The notes under the pieces: model-generated
What the model was told of the DNA's origin: nothing
Databases searched by the model: none
What the model saw: the letters and a program-made list of their open reading frames with translations, nothing else
Made by a program: the position numbers and the translations under genes
DNA from: an uncultured Phycisphaerales bacterium
GTDB lineage: Bacteria; Planctomycetota; Phycisphaerae; Sedimentisphaerales; Anaerobacaceae
Direction of reading: 5' to 3'
DNA: 64,000 nt
Assembly: GCA_963772725.1 (NCBI GenBank)
Contig: CAVYYI010000004.1
Span: forward strand, 64,001-128,000
Shown here: positions 11,878-23,308 of the stretch, piece by piece
Numbering within the stretch: position 1 is the stretch's first letter
Layout of the letters: the number at the start of each line of letters is the position of its first letter

Positions 11878-12051
11878 TTACCCTTTTCCTTCTTCGCCTC
11901 CTTTCCGGGCGGATATCTGAAATATTATATTTGGCTGTCCTGAACATAATTGGGAAATAAAATTACCGATATGTTCGCATGTGCAGTGCATCTTTAAAAC
12001 TTTTAGTACGACAAATGCCGATGCCTCTATAATCGCGATGTATTTTTCCAT
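11878..12051 (-). CDS. Possible 57-aa leader ORF (MEKYIAIIEASAFVVLKVLKMHC...RKGGEEGKG)
   Basis: Open frame between the promoter and the GH16 gene; two blocks are conserved upstream of paralog B. Confidence 0.3.
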   Translation of the reverse strand: MEKYIAIIEASAFVVLKVLKMHCTCEHIGNFISQLCSGQPNIIFQISARKGGEEGKG

Positions 12052-12103
12052 TTTCCACTTCCCATGAACCGTAAATATTATAATAATATTAACAGTGGTA
12101 TGG

Positions 12104-12169
12104 TTTATAACGATATTATCAGACTATGTCAACACCACTTTGCGACAATCTTAAACCATTTTGCGACAA
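12104..12169 (-). promoter_or_regulatory. Sigma70 promoter with adjacent direct-repeat operator
   Basis: Minus strand TTGACA (12132-12127), 17-nt spacer, TATAAA (12109-12104); direct repeat ACCAYTTTGCGACAA at 12134-12148 and 12155-12169. Confidence 0.7.
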
Positions 12170-12345
12170 GTCAATGGCTTAAGTAGCAATAAATTGTATA
12201 TAAGATTGGGTTTTAAAAATAGGATAGAATTGCAGTAACAGGAGCCGAAACCGTTTTCAAAATTCAAAGGCAAATTTTATTTCACTTTTGCTGAAGATGT
12301 ACAGTTCGTATACGAGCCTCAACCATCATAAAATCAAATTAGTAT

Positions 12346-13828
12346 TTATAATTTACCTGATAGTATTGTGAAGTAACTAAAAATGTAACCGAGAGAAAAC
12401 ATCATTGCTGTTCCCATGACTATCAGCCAGCTCCATGCGAGTTTGATGCAGCCGCTGTGGCATAAAACTAACACGGCAGTCATACATAGGGTAGTGATAA
12501 TCATTGCGAACACATTGCCGATGTTGATTTTTCTTTTTGTCAGGACACCGAGCAGAAAAACGCCCAGCAGGGCTCCGCCGGTCAGTGAGAATATCTCGAA
12601 GGCGAACCAGAGGATGTTCTCTATCGGCTCGCAGGCCAAGGCGATGATTGCTAAAATCAGGCCAAACATTATTACGCCAACTCGTGAGATGAAAAGGTAA
12701 TGTTTTTCTGTCGCGTTCTTATTTATAAGAGGGCGGTAAATGTCCGTCACAAATGAGGAACTAAGCGAACTTAGCGGTGAATCGATACTGGCTAATATTA
12801 TCGCTGAAAGTATCAAGCCTTTCAGGCCAACCGGCAGGAAATTCGCTGTAAAGTACGAAATAACTTCCTTGGCTTTGTCGGGACCAGGCATATTGGGATT
12901 TTGATAGAAAAATACATACAACAAAGTGCCGATTCCCAGATATACACAAATAACTGGAAGTACGGCCAGTATCGTCATAATAATCGTTTTCTGGCTTTCT
13001 TTTCTGGTCTTCACCGTAAGCAGCCGCTGCAACAAGTTCCATGTCAGTGCCGAAGACCGCCAGGCCGATAAAGAATGAATTTGCAGAGCCGGCCCAGAAA
13101 GTCGTAGGGTCGTTGAGATTTAAATCAAACTTAAAGATATTTAGTCGGCCTGCGTTGCCTGCGGTTTGCCAGATAGCGGATAAACCGCCCTGGATATGTA
13201 GAAAAATATATATCAGCAGGGCGACTCCTGCTGAAAAAAAGATAATCGTCTGATACGCACCCGTCCAAACCACGGCTTTTATTCCGCCAAATGCGATGAA
13301 GATAATACTGACAACCGTGAAAGACCAATAGCGTTTGTGGCAAATTCCATCCCATGATAATACCGATTCCCAGACAGGCGGCATATAATCTGACACCGGA
13401 GGCAATGAGTCGCGTAATTAAGAAAAAAAACGAACCTGCATATTGGGTCTCGGGCCGAAACGGTATCTTAAGAACTCATAAATGCTTGTGCAGTTATATT
13501 TATAGAAAACAGGGATAAATAAAAATGCTACCGAGATTTTTGCGGCCGCAGAACCGAGGAAAAACTGCAGATACTCCCAATTCTCACTATAAGCTGTCGC
13601 GGGTACACCGATAATTGTCAGAGCACTGACTTCCGTTGCGACAAAAGACAGGCAAGCGGCGAGCGGAGGGAATTTTCCTGCCGCCGAGAAAAAAATCGTT
13701 CGTATCTTTTTCCCTGCGTCCAAAAATATATGAAATAACAAAAAGAAGCAAGACAGCCGACAGACTATTATAAAATCAATTCCGCTTAAGTGACCAGAGA
13801 GTTCTTGTACAGGAGCAAATTCATTCAT
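12346..13828 (-). CDS. Sodium:solute symporter (SSS family), frameshifted in this assembly
   Basis: SFVATEVSALTIIGVPATAY, FGGIKAVVWT and GLKGLILSAIILASIDSPLSSLSSSFVTDIY found across three ORF pieces. Confidence 0.85.
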
Positions 13829-14737
<909 letters not shown>

Positions 14738-14738
<1 letters not shown>

Positions 14739-15880
14739 TATGCAGGTATTATCTTTCCTAAAATTACCGCCTCATCTGCCCCTGTAGCAGCTGGGACATT
14801 ATTGGCTATACCTTTAATAGTCGCATATGCCAGAATAGCAAAAGAAACCGCTTCTTTTGCGTCGCAGTTGATTCCAAAATCATCGATTGAACGAATTATG
14901 GTTTTCTGGAGATTCTGCTGAAGCATTTTAACCAGCGTTTTATTATGTGCACCGCCGCCGCAGAGTATTACTTCATCAGGAATTTCAGGGAGAAACTGCT
15001 GATACGCCCTGGCAATGCTGACGGCAGTAAAGCGGTCGCGGTTGCAAGCATATCCTGGGGATGATAACGATTTATTTTTTGCTTTTTTGTAAAAAACATC
15101 ACAATACTCTCTGCCGAATTCTTCGCGGCCTGTGGATTTCGGAGGCTTTCTGCGGAAGAAAGGATGACTGAGCATTTCATTAAGTATTTTTGTGTCAACT
15201 TTGCCTTTGGACGCGATTTTCCCACCTTTGTCATAATTTAATTTTCCTTTGGTGAGAATATTGACGATTCGGTCAATTATCATATTGCCCGGCCCAGTAT
15301 CGAAAGCGATAAGATGTCTCGGGCCGGCAATTTGCAGGAAGATAAGTTACATTGGCAATTCCGCCGATATTCTGAACGGCACGGTTGTGTCTTTTATCTT
15401 TAAGCAGAAAATAATCAGCAAAAGGAACCAGGGGTGCACCTTCGCCGTTTGCCGCCATATCTCTTGGCCGAAAATCCGCCACGGTTGTAATACCTGTTCG
15501 CTGGGCTATTATCGACGGCTCGCCAATCTGAAGAGTGGAGCGGATTAACCTTTTCGCCAAGACGCTGCCCTTTGGGATTATGATAAATAGTTTGACCGTG
15601 CGAGCCTATCAAATCAATTGTACTTAAGGTCAATCCTGCTTTTTCTGCATAGCTTGATGACGGACTCTGCAAATACATGGCCAAGTAAAAAATTAAAATT
15701 GGATATATCAGCCGGCCGGCAGGATTTCTGCTCACCAAGCTCAAGAATGCTTTGTCGTAAATCCGGTGGATAGACAAACGTATCAAACGCGAGCAGATTG
15801 ACCTTGTTTTTGTTAAGGTCAATAATAGCAGTGTCCACTCCATCAGCAGATGTTCCGCTCATTAGACCGATTATACGCAT
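14738..15880 (-). CDS. anmK: Anhydro-N-acetylmuramic acid kinase, frameshifted in this assembly
   Basis: [67 protein letters not shown]. Confidence 0.92.
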
Positions 15881-16262
15881 CGCTTTTGTTGTTCCTACCC
15901 AAAAATACATAATTCGACAACGAAATACAGTAAAAGCAGGTATAGGCTTGATGAGCCGCTCATTCTTCTGAGCTTTGTGTTGAATGACGGCACTTACAAA
16001 CCAACACACAAAAATAATCCAAAAACGGTTGGAAATCAACGACAAAATCGGCCATAGGGAACTCATCAAAAATAAAAAAACAAAAGACAATCCAGCAGAG
16101 ACAAAATCGATACTTGAAAGAAAAAAAATTATTAGTAGAATTATAATAACAGGAGTTGGCATGAAGAGCCGAGAAAACGAAACCTTCTCTTAATTCAAAG
16201 AGCATTCAGTTTCACTCTTGATGAAGATGTACGGACAATTAGAAAAAAAGGAATACCGATAA

Positions 16263-17938
16263 ATGCCTCCACAATTTGTATTTGAAATGAGCGATGTATG
16301 CAAGAGTTACGGCGACAAGGAAGTTCTTCGTAACATATCACTTTCATTCTATTACGGAGCCAAGATCGGCGTGGTAGGCGAAAACGGCTCGGGAAAAAGT
16401 ACCCTGCTGAAAATAATGGCCGGCCTTGACAAGGACTTTCACGGCGAGACGAAGCTGTCGCCGAAAATGAAGGTGCGATATGTTGCTCAGGAGCCGCAGA
16501 TTGAACTGGACAAGACCATCAGGGAGAACCTTGTTACGGCGATCAAGCCCACACTGGATATGGTTGACCGCTTCAATAAAATATCGGAGCAGCTTGCCGA
16601 GCCGATGTCTGATGATGAGATGAATAAGCTGATGGAGGAGATGAGCGTTTTGCAGGATAAGATCGATGCCTGCGAGGGCTGGGAAACGGACCGTCTTATC
16701 GATATCGTCGCGGATGCGATGGTGCTGCCGCCGGACAACACCCCGGTAAGCCAGCTTTCCGGCGGAGAACGCAGGCGCGTGGCGCTGTGTATGGCGCTTC
16801 TTGAAAAGCCGGACCTGCTATTGCTGGATGAGCCGACCAACCATCTTGACGCTGAAACAGTGCAGTGGCTTGAAGTCGCTTTGCGGGAGTATCACGGCAC
16901 GGTGATCATCGTAACGCACGACCGCTATTTTCTGGACAATATCACCAAGTGGATACTCGAACTTGATAAAGGCAGCGGCCTGCCGTTCGAAGGGAACTAT
17001 TCGTCGTGGCTCAAGCAGAAAATAGAGCTTCTGCGGATAATAGAGAAGAAAGAGTCGTCGCGGCAGAAGACGCTTGCCCGCGAGCTGGAGTGGATCAATA
17101 TGTCGGCCAAGGCGCGTAACCAGAAGAACCAGGCACGTATCAACGCTTATAACAAACTCGCTGCTCAGTCCGCGGAAGACAGGCAAGGCGACGTGGTGAT
17201 ACAGATCCCGTCAGGCCAGCGGCTGGGCGACAAGGTGCTTTCGTTTAAAGATGTATCAAAGAGGTACGGTGAAACTCCGCTGCTCGAAGGCTGCTCGTTT
17301 GAATTGCCGCGCAATGCGATTGTCGGCGTCATCGGGCCCAATGGAATCGGCAAGACAACGCTTTTCCGGATGATAACAAAACAGGAGCAGCCCGATTCCG
17401 GCGCAGATAGAGATAGGCGAGAGCGTATCTATCGGCTATGTTGACCAGCAGCGTGACTGCCCTTGACGGCAGCAAAACGATATTCGAGGAGATATCGGAC
17501 GGCAAAGACAAGATCGATGTCGGCGGCGTTTCCATTTCGTCCCGTGCCTATATCGCAAGGTTTAATTTCAGAGATACCCAGCAGCAGAAGAAAGTGTCGC
17601 AGTGTTCCGGCGGCGAGCTTAACAGGATTCATTTGGCAAAGATGCTGCGGCGCGGCGGCAATCTTCTGCTTCTTGACGAGCCGACCAACGACCTTGACGT
17701 GGATACCATGCGTGTGCTGGAGCAGGCGATCATAGATTTTCAAGGCTGTGCCATGGTGATCAGCCATGACCGTTTCTTTCTTGACCGGATATGCACGCAC
17801 CTGCTGATATTTGAGGGCAACGGCAAAACACAATGGTTCCAGGGCAATTTCGCAACCTATGAGGAAAAAGTTCAGGCGGAAAATCCGGACCGTCTGGCCC
17901 ACCGCCGCAGCAAGTATAAGCAGCTTAAGCTGAGGTGA
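16263..17938 (+). CDS. ettA: ABC-F energy-dependent translational throttle protein, frameshift near 17400-17440
   Basis: [45 protein letters not shown] and a second ABC domain [11 protein letters not shown]. Confidence 0.9.
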
Positions 17939-18061
17939 TGACAAATAATAGTCTGGCAGTTTTTATCCCAAACTTTTTATCGACGAAATTGCTTGCATCG
18001 GGGAGAACGTGTGATAAGATGAATGATTATATAAAATTAACTTATAAAGCTGAAGGTATGT

Positions 18062-18862
18062 ATGCCTCTTTATTTCAAATCATTGCGAAGCAGCAGTTCG
18101 GGAAATTGTCTTCTGTTATGGACTAAAAACACAAGAGTGATAATCGATTGCGGCCTTGGTTCAATGAAAAGAACGGAACATCTGCTTACCGAGCATTTAG
18201 GAAGCCCCGGTAATGCCAATGCTGTAATTTTTACTCATATGCACGGCGACCACTGCTCTCATTATCCCTTAAGGGTTATTCAAGAATATGGATTACCAAT
18301 ACGTGTCCATGAAAGCATTGTTGAACAGCTCAAAGAAAAACATTGCAGCCAAAGTTTATTCAACGATTTAAAGATTAAGGCTTTCACAGACAGGGAGTTT
18401 AAAGTCGGAGAATTATTATTCCATCCTTTTGAAGTTTCACATAGCCCTTCTTATAAAACTTACGGTTTTATAATCCGATATAAAAGTAGACGTGGTTGGA
18501 AGAAAGCTGTTATTGCAACAGATTTTAATAATAGCAGGGATGTAGTGAGTCATTTTATTGATGCCGATTTTATATTTGTCGAATCAAATCACGATTTAGA
18601 ACTCCTCAAACAATATCCGAATCCAAATAGTTCCTATCATCTGAGTAATCCTAAAACAGCCGATTTGCTTTGTAAGGCTCGCTTTGGAAGCAAAAAATCA
18701 CCTGAGACTGTAATTCTTGGGCATCTCAGCAATCAAAGAAATGAGATGAGTATTGCAATAAGGGAAACAAGGGATACTTTCAAACGGTTGGGATTAGAAT
18801 TAGATTTTAAACTTTGCGCAGCCCCGCTCTACGAAAGCAGCGATACAATAGGGATTGGTTAA
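18062..18862 (+). CDS. MBL-fold metallo-hydrolase (YycJ/WalJ-like)
   Basis: SSSSGN, THMHGDH, ESNHD, HLSN, LGHLS motifs. Confidence 0.85.
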   Translation: MPLYFKSLRSSSSGNCLLLWTKNTRVIIDCGLGSMKRTEHLLTEHLGSPGNANAVIFTHMHGDHCSHYPLRVIQEYGLPIRVHESIVEQLKEKHCSQSLFNDLKIKAFTDREFKVGELLFHPFEVSHSPSYKTYGFIIRYKSRRGWKKAVIATDFNNSRDVVSHFIDADFIFVESNHDLELLKQYPNPNSSYHLSNPKTADLLCKARFGSKKSPETVILGHLSNQRNEMSIAIRETRDTFKRLGLELDFKLCAAPLYESSDTIGIG

Positions 18863-18915
18863 GAACAAAGATTGAATAAACTGTAAAAGTCAGTTTTTTA
18901 AAAGGAACATCACTT

Positions 18916-19038
18916 ATGAAAAAGAAAGAACATTTTACACGTCGAGACTTCATAAAAGAAAGTCTTATCGGGACCGCGGCAATACTATCCGTACAAACGC
19001 CAAACATTTTTGCCGGGAGCAGGGATAGTAAGAAATAG
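18916..19038 (+). pseudogene. Orphan Tat signal peptide (truncated exported protein)
   Basis: AAAGGA SD; MKKKEHFTRRDFIKESLIGTAAILSVQTPNIFAGS then stop after 40 aa. Confidence 0.5.
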
Positions 19039-19186
19039 TAAGGTTGGAAGGCCGGAATGTTGATAAATGTTAATACGACAGCGCTACTTTGTTCATAAGT
19101 CCTTATTTTGCGTTGGTAATGAATTTTACCAAACCACATTTTTGATACCATAAAATGGGTATCCGTTAAAAACCAGCGCTGTCATA

Positions 19187-19537
19187 TTAAAGAGTAAAAT
19201 CATAATTAGCCGGTTCGTATTTGTACATGTCTCCAGTAGCCAAATCGATAATTAAACCCGGCCAAAAAAGAATATTTACCCAATAAAGACCTTGAATGTG
19301 CTTCTCCAGAGGCTGGGAATCGGTCTTATCGCCGTAGGAAACCTCAACAACGTAGTTTTTGCCCCGCGGAAGCCAGACTTCATAAGGCGTTACCCCCTTA
19401 TACGGCCCCATTTTTACTTTTGCCCCCTTGTGTGTTGAATCAATAGAAACCTTTTCCGGGCCAGAAGTGAATATACTGCAGCAACCCTGATTAAAGAGTA
19501 ACACAGCCAACAAAAGAATTATCAAAGCCTTTTTCAT
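19187..19537 (-). CDS. Small lipoprotein (PEGA-like)
   Basis: Signal peptide with lipobox Cys (LLFNQGC); C-terminal hydrophobic WVNILFWPGLIIDLATG. Confidence 0.7.
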   Translation of the reverse strand: MKKALIILLLAVLLFNQGCCSIFTSGPEKVSIDSTHKGAKVKMGPYKGVTPYEVWLPRGKNYVVEVSYGDKTDSQPLEKHIQGLYWVNILFWPGLIIDLATGDMYKYEPANYDFTL

Positions 19538-19676
19538 GTTTGAGTCCTTTCAAAAAATTGGTTATTAGTGAGTCTAAATGCTTAGTTACTTTACAAAAAC
19601 ACATCCTGAAATTCATTTGGCGAAATTGTATCCGCTTATCGTTGCAAAGCAAGTAAAAACTGAGGAAAATATATTT

Positions 19677-19850
19677 TTAGTGTCTCCTTCTCAACATCAC
19701 CGCGCCGAGGCTGAGCAGTAAAAGCGTAGTGGGTTCGGGAATGTTATAGACAAAGCCGTGTTGATTGCCTAAACTGTCTACATAATTGCCAACAACAATG
19801 TTGCCGCTAATACCACAAGCATATGTGTTCCACATAATCCCAGGATAACA
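19677..19850 (-). pseudogene. C-terminal remnant of a PEP-CTERM surface protein
   Basis: ...ACGISGNIVVGNYVDSLGNQHGFVYNIPEPTTLLLLSLGAVMLRRRH*; no N-terminal part present. Confidence 0.75.
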
Positions 19851-19869
19851 ACTGTAATATCGCTGTAAT

Positions 19870-20233
19870 AAACGACATCAACGCCGAGCGATTGAGCCGG
19901 ATGAGATACGTAGGCTGCTTGAAACTACAAAAGGGCAGCTGGTACGATTTGGAATGGCTGGGCAAGAGCGTTATTTGTTGTATGAGTTGGCAGTCGAAAC
20001 CGGCACGGATGATAAGCTTGTTGAGGCTACTCAAAATGACTTAAACCAGTTGACACCAAAATTGACACCTTTTTGGATACCTACAGCTTTCTCCGGATGT
20101 AACGATTCGGCAACAGTTGGCACTCAGCAGAGCGATATCAAGGCAAATAGCAATGATTATAACTGTTTAGACAATGGTAAGTTAGACAACAAAAAAAGCT
20201 GTTTGTCTTTGGCTGTCATCGGTAAAAAGCAAA
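19870..20233 (+). pseudogene. Internally deleted tyrosine integrase relic
   Basis: RRAIEPDEIRRLLETT...ERYLLYELAVETG stops just before the expected catalytic LR and is fused to a C-terminal-like TGTDD...LTPKLTP; abuts the tRNA 3' end. Confidence 0.65.
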
Positions 20234-20280
20234 TGCGCCCGACAGGAATCGAACCTGTAACCTTCGGATTCGAAGTCCGA
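20234..20280 (-). other. att site: 3' half of tRNA-Arg(TCG)
   Basis: TCGGA-CT-TCG-AA-TCCGA anticodon arm, ACAGG-TTCGATT-CCTGT T arm and CGGGCGC-A acceptor 3' strand; the 5' acceptor strand and D arm are absent. Confidence 0.9.
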
Positions 20281-20390
20281 ACCCCATATTTTTTTAACCC
20301 TTGTCAAATAAAAAATCTGCATTATTTTTAAAAAAATGGCACTTAATTTAAGTTATTTTCGTTTATTGCGTTGTCCTTGTTGCCCTTGTT

Positions 20391-20427
20391 GGTGATGTTT
20401 TGGTGATATGGAAAACCGTGGTATAAT
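20391..20427 (+). promoter_or_regulatory. Putative late/packaging promoter
   Basis: Perfect extended -10 TG-G-TATAAT (20419-20427) preceded by a GGTGAT direct repeat. Confidence 0.55.
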
Positions 20428-20540
20428 GTACGTGTAGCAGGGACATTAAAAGTCCATATTGAGAATTTTAGGAGAAATGACATGGTACGTGGTTAAAAAT
20501 TAAATGGCAAGGACGCCTTGGTTCAGGCAGGGAGGCCTTT

Positions 20541-20702
20541 ATGGCAGTATGCAGAATTTGCGGCTTAGAGGACAAACGATTGCCGGAGGGTTGGGTGAAC
20601 TGGGAATGTTTGCTGTGTGAATTAGAAGTCTGTGTTACATGCACGGAGTCAATTGATGAGGTTGCGATAGAAATGATAAATGGGGATTCACAAAACAAAT
20701 GA
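20541..20702 (+). CDS. 53-aa Cys-rich (3x CxxC) Zn-binding protein
   Basis: GGAGG SD; MAVCRICG...CLLC...CVTC; ATGA overlap with terS. Confidence 0.6.
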   Translation: MAVCRICGLEDKRLPEGWVNWECLLCELEVCVTCTESIDEVAIEMINGDSQNK

Positions 20703-21328
20703 CCAGCGACGAAACACCTATCGACTATGATACTTATCGGCTGTTCGCTATGTACGCCGATGGCGTTCCTGTTGCTGAAATTGCCCTTGCGTTCGGCTGG
20801 GCATCGCCTACAACGGTTTATCAGCACTTGAACCAATTCCCCGAAAAGTATGCCGAGGCCAAAAAGCATCTGCTCGAAAAGCGTAATGCTAAGTATCGCA
20901 GGACTGGATCGTTAGCAGTCGATATCCAAATTCACACCCTTGAGGAATATCATCGTAGGTTAATGAATGAGCCAGAACTAAAAACAGAATACAGTAAATT
21001 AATTCTTGAATCAGTAGAAAATGGCTATGGCGATATAATTGATAAAGATAAATCTAATCCGGAATTAAAACGTAAGGCTCGTATTTGCATTATAAAAATT
21101 GAGCAGCTAAGAGAAACATTGCTCAATATCGAATGGATACGCAAGAACGTTAAAGACATTGCCGCAATTGGCGATACCGCGGAAAAACGTGCCGACCTGA
21201 ACGAGGGCAAAGCAACAGAGCGTGTTGTGAACGTAGGCTTGGAGCCTACCAAGGAGGAGTGGGAGGAATTCTGGAAGGCCCAGAAATCCGCGGGAGTCGG
21301 CATAGACTCCGAGTCTATCGGACAATAA
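20699..21328 (+). CDS. Putative terminase small subunit
   Basis: N-terminal HTH (GVPVAEIALAFGWASPTTVYQHL); directly upstream of TerL. Confidence 0.7.
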   Translation: MTSDETPIDYDTYRLFAMYADGVPVAEIALAFGWASPTTVYQHLNQFPEKYAEAKKHLLEKRNAKYRRTGSLAVDIQIHTLEEYHRRLMNEPELKTEYSKLILESVENGYGDIIDKDKSNPELKRKARICIIKIEQLRETLLNIEWIRKNVKDIAAIGDTAEKRADLNEGKATERVVNVGLEPTKEEWEEFWKAQKSAGVGIDSESIGQ

Positions 21329-21335
21329 TTAAAAA

Positions 21336-23117
21336 ATGATTTGCACGGAAGCAAAAATAGAACAACTCTCAAAGCGAAGCTCGCTGGGCTGGCAGCGTTC
21401 TCACCTCAAGATAGTCAATAAAAACAGTCAGCTTGTACCTCTCATACACAATATTGCGCAGTTAAAATTACATAACGCTCTACAACTTCAAAGAGAACGC
21501 GGCCTGCCGCTTCGAGCAATATGCCTTAAGGCCCGCCAGTTCGGTATCTCAACTTATGTCGCTGCGTCTAATTTCGAGGCAACAAACCGATCCTCGAATA
21601 CGCACGCATGTATAGCGTCGGCAGATATTGACGCGACAAATAAAGTTTTCGGCATGTACGAGACATTCCAATCAGAGATATCCGAGTATGTAAAACGAGA
21701 GACAAGGCGATCGAATCGTAAAGAAATAGTTTACGAGGCTCCGCATCGCTCCAGTATTCTCTGCCAGACGGCAGGTAAACAGGTTCTTGGCCGCGGTGGT
21801 ACTACGCAAAGGGTTCACGCGTCCGAAGTGGCGTTTTGGGCCAATGCAAAAAGACAATTAATTGGTTTGTTGCAGGAAGTGCCTGAAACGCCTGAGAGCC
21901 TTATTGTTCTCGAATCAACAGCTTGCGGAGTGGGCGGCGAGTTCCACGATAGGTACTGGCAATCGGTATATCACTTGAAGAATAACCCGGAAGATTACAG
22001 CGGATATCTGCCAATCTTCCTGCCCTGGTACATCTTCCCGGAGTATAGCGTACAAGTTCCAGAGAGCCTTCAATCTGATGGGAAACTTAGACTTATAAAC
22101 GATGAGCCATACCTTGAGCAGGAGACGGTTAGCTTCCTACGCAGTAAAGGTATTAACTTGACCGATGAGCAGATTTACTGGAGAAGGGGCAAGATTAAAA
22201 ATGCTTGCGGCGGTGACCTTGGATTATTTAAACAAGAGTATCCAGCCACGGCCCGCGAGGCTTTCCAATCGACAGGCAAGATGATATTCCAGCCTACACT
22301 TTTGGATAAGCACGAGCAGAATTGCAGGCCGCCAATCGCCATAGTTGAGTTTGTAAAATCAGGCAGTGATGTTAAACCTGATAATGTTTTAAAGAATCAG
22401 GATTGCTGGAAGATATGGCGATGGCCTGAAAGTAATCATGAATATGTTTTATTTGGTGACGTATGCGAGGGCCTTCTCGCCAATCCAAACGATCCTAAGA
22501 GCGACTTGGACTATCATGCCGCCGGCATACTCAACCGCAATACCTATGAGCTTGTAGCGACATTCCATGGACGATGCGACACAATACCTTACGGCGTTCA
22601 GTGTGTACTTGCATCGCAATTTTATAACTGGGCATGGGCGTCACCAGAGGTGAATAGTTGCGGGCTGGCCGTACTGAATGAGTTTAAGCGGGCCAATTAT
22701 CCGCATATCTATCAGCGATTGAGGAAACAGGAAGAGGACGTTGAAGAAGAGGCCATGCAGCTTGGTTACAAAACAACAACGCTTAATCGCAAGCCTGGTA
22801 TCGAGTGCGTTAAGCAGGTTTTAAACGATCAGGATATAACCATTTACGATAAGGCTGTTGTTGACGAGCTTCGTGTATTTGTAAACAAGAACGGCAGGCC
22901 GGAAGCAGAGAGCGGGTATCACGACGACTTCGTTATGATGATCGTCGGTCTAATCCAGCTTCACCTCCAGTGTTCTCTGGGTGACAGCGACATCGAGCAA
23001 ACAAGCACATCAGACCGCAGAGATAATAAAAAAGTAAACAATATCCTGATTGCTGGTGACTACGACAGTTTCGACGACATAGACGAGGATGAAGACCCCT
23101 ATGAGGATTACGAATGA
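21336..23117 (+). CDS. Terminase large subunit
   Basis: LKARQFGIST (Walker A), VHASEVAFW (Walker B), LESTA, YHDDFVM nuclease motif. Confidence 0.95.
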   Translation: MICTEAKIEQLSKRSSLGWQRSHLKIVNKNSQLVPLIHNIAQLKLHNALQLQRERGLPLRAICLKARQFGISTYVAASNFEATNRSSNTHACIASADIDATNKVFGMYETFQSEISEYVKRETRRSNRKEIVYEAPHRSSILCQTAGKQVLGRGGTTQRVHASEVAFWANAKRQLIGLLQEVPETPESLIVLESTACGVGGEFHDRYWQSVYHLKNNPEDYSGYLPIFLPWYIFPEYSVQVPESLQSDGKLRLINDEPYLEQETVSFLRSKGINLTDEQIYWRRGKIKNACGGDLGLFKQEYPATAREAFQSTGKMIFQPTLLDKHEQNCRPPIAIVEFVKSGSDVKPDNVLKNQDCWKIWRWPESNHEYVLFGDVCEGLLANPNDPKSDLDYHAAGILNRNTYELVATFHGRCDTIPYGVQCVLASQFYNWAWASPEVNSCGLAVLNEFKRANYPHIYQRLRKQEEDVEEEAMQLGYKTTTLNRKPGIECVKQVLNDQDITIYDKAVVDELRVFVNKNGRPEAESGYHDDFVMMIVGLIQLHLQCSLGDSDIEQTSTSDRRDNKKVNNILIAGDYDSFDDIDEDEDPYEDYE

Positions 23118-23308
23118 TTGAGGCAATTATATATATTTTCGTTTTCTTGGCTGGAATAGCAATAGGCGGCTTTGGCGCATTGAAGTGCGTCAAGTTCGGT
23201 ATTCGTGCCAGCTATGAGATTCGTAACGGCACGGTAGGGCTTGTCAAAGATGATGCTGATGCCGAGATAAAAATGTTAGAGAAAAGGGATAAGGATTTAA
23301 AAAAATGA
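23114..23308 (+). CDS. Small single-TM phage protein
   Basis: Hydrophobic N-terminus; ATGA coupling on both sides. Confidence 0.6.
   Translation: MIEAIIYIFVFLAGIAIGGFGALKCVKFGIRASYEIRNGTVGLVKDDADAEIKMLEKRDKDLKK

Noticed and set aside
15881..16205. Hydrophobic ORF upstream of anmK
   Set aside because: AT-rich, frame ambiguous, no recognisable motif; cannot be supported as a gene
20234..20310. Intact tRNA-Arg gene
   Set aside because: The 5' acceptor strand and D arm are missing, so it is treated as an att duplicate
19954..20331. 125-aa functional gene
   Set aside because: Chimera of integrase remnants reading through the antisense tRNA fragment
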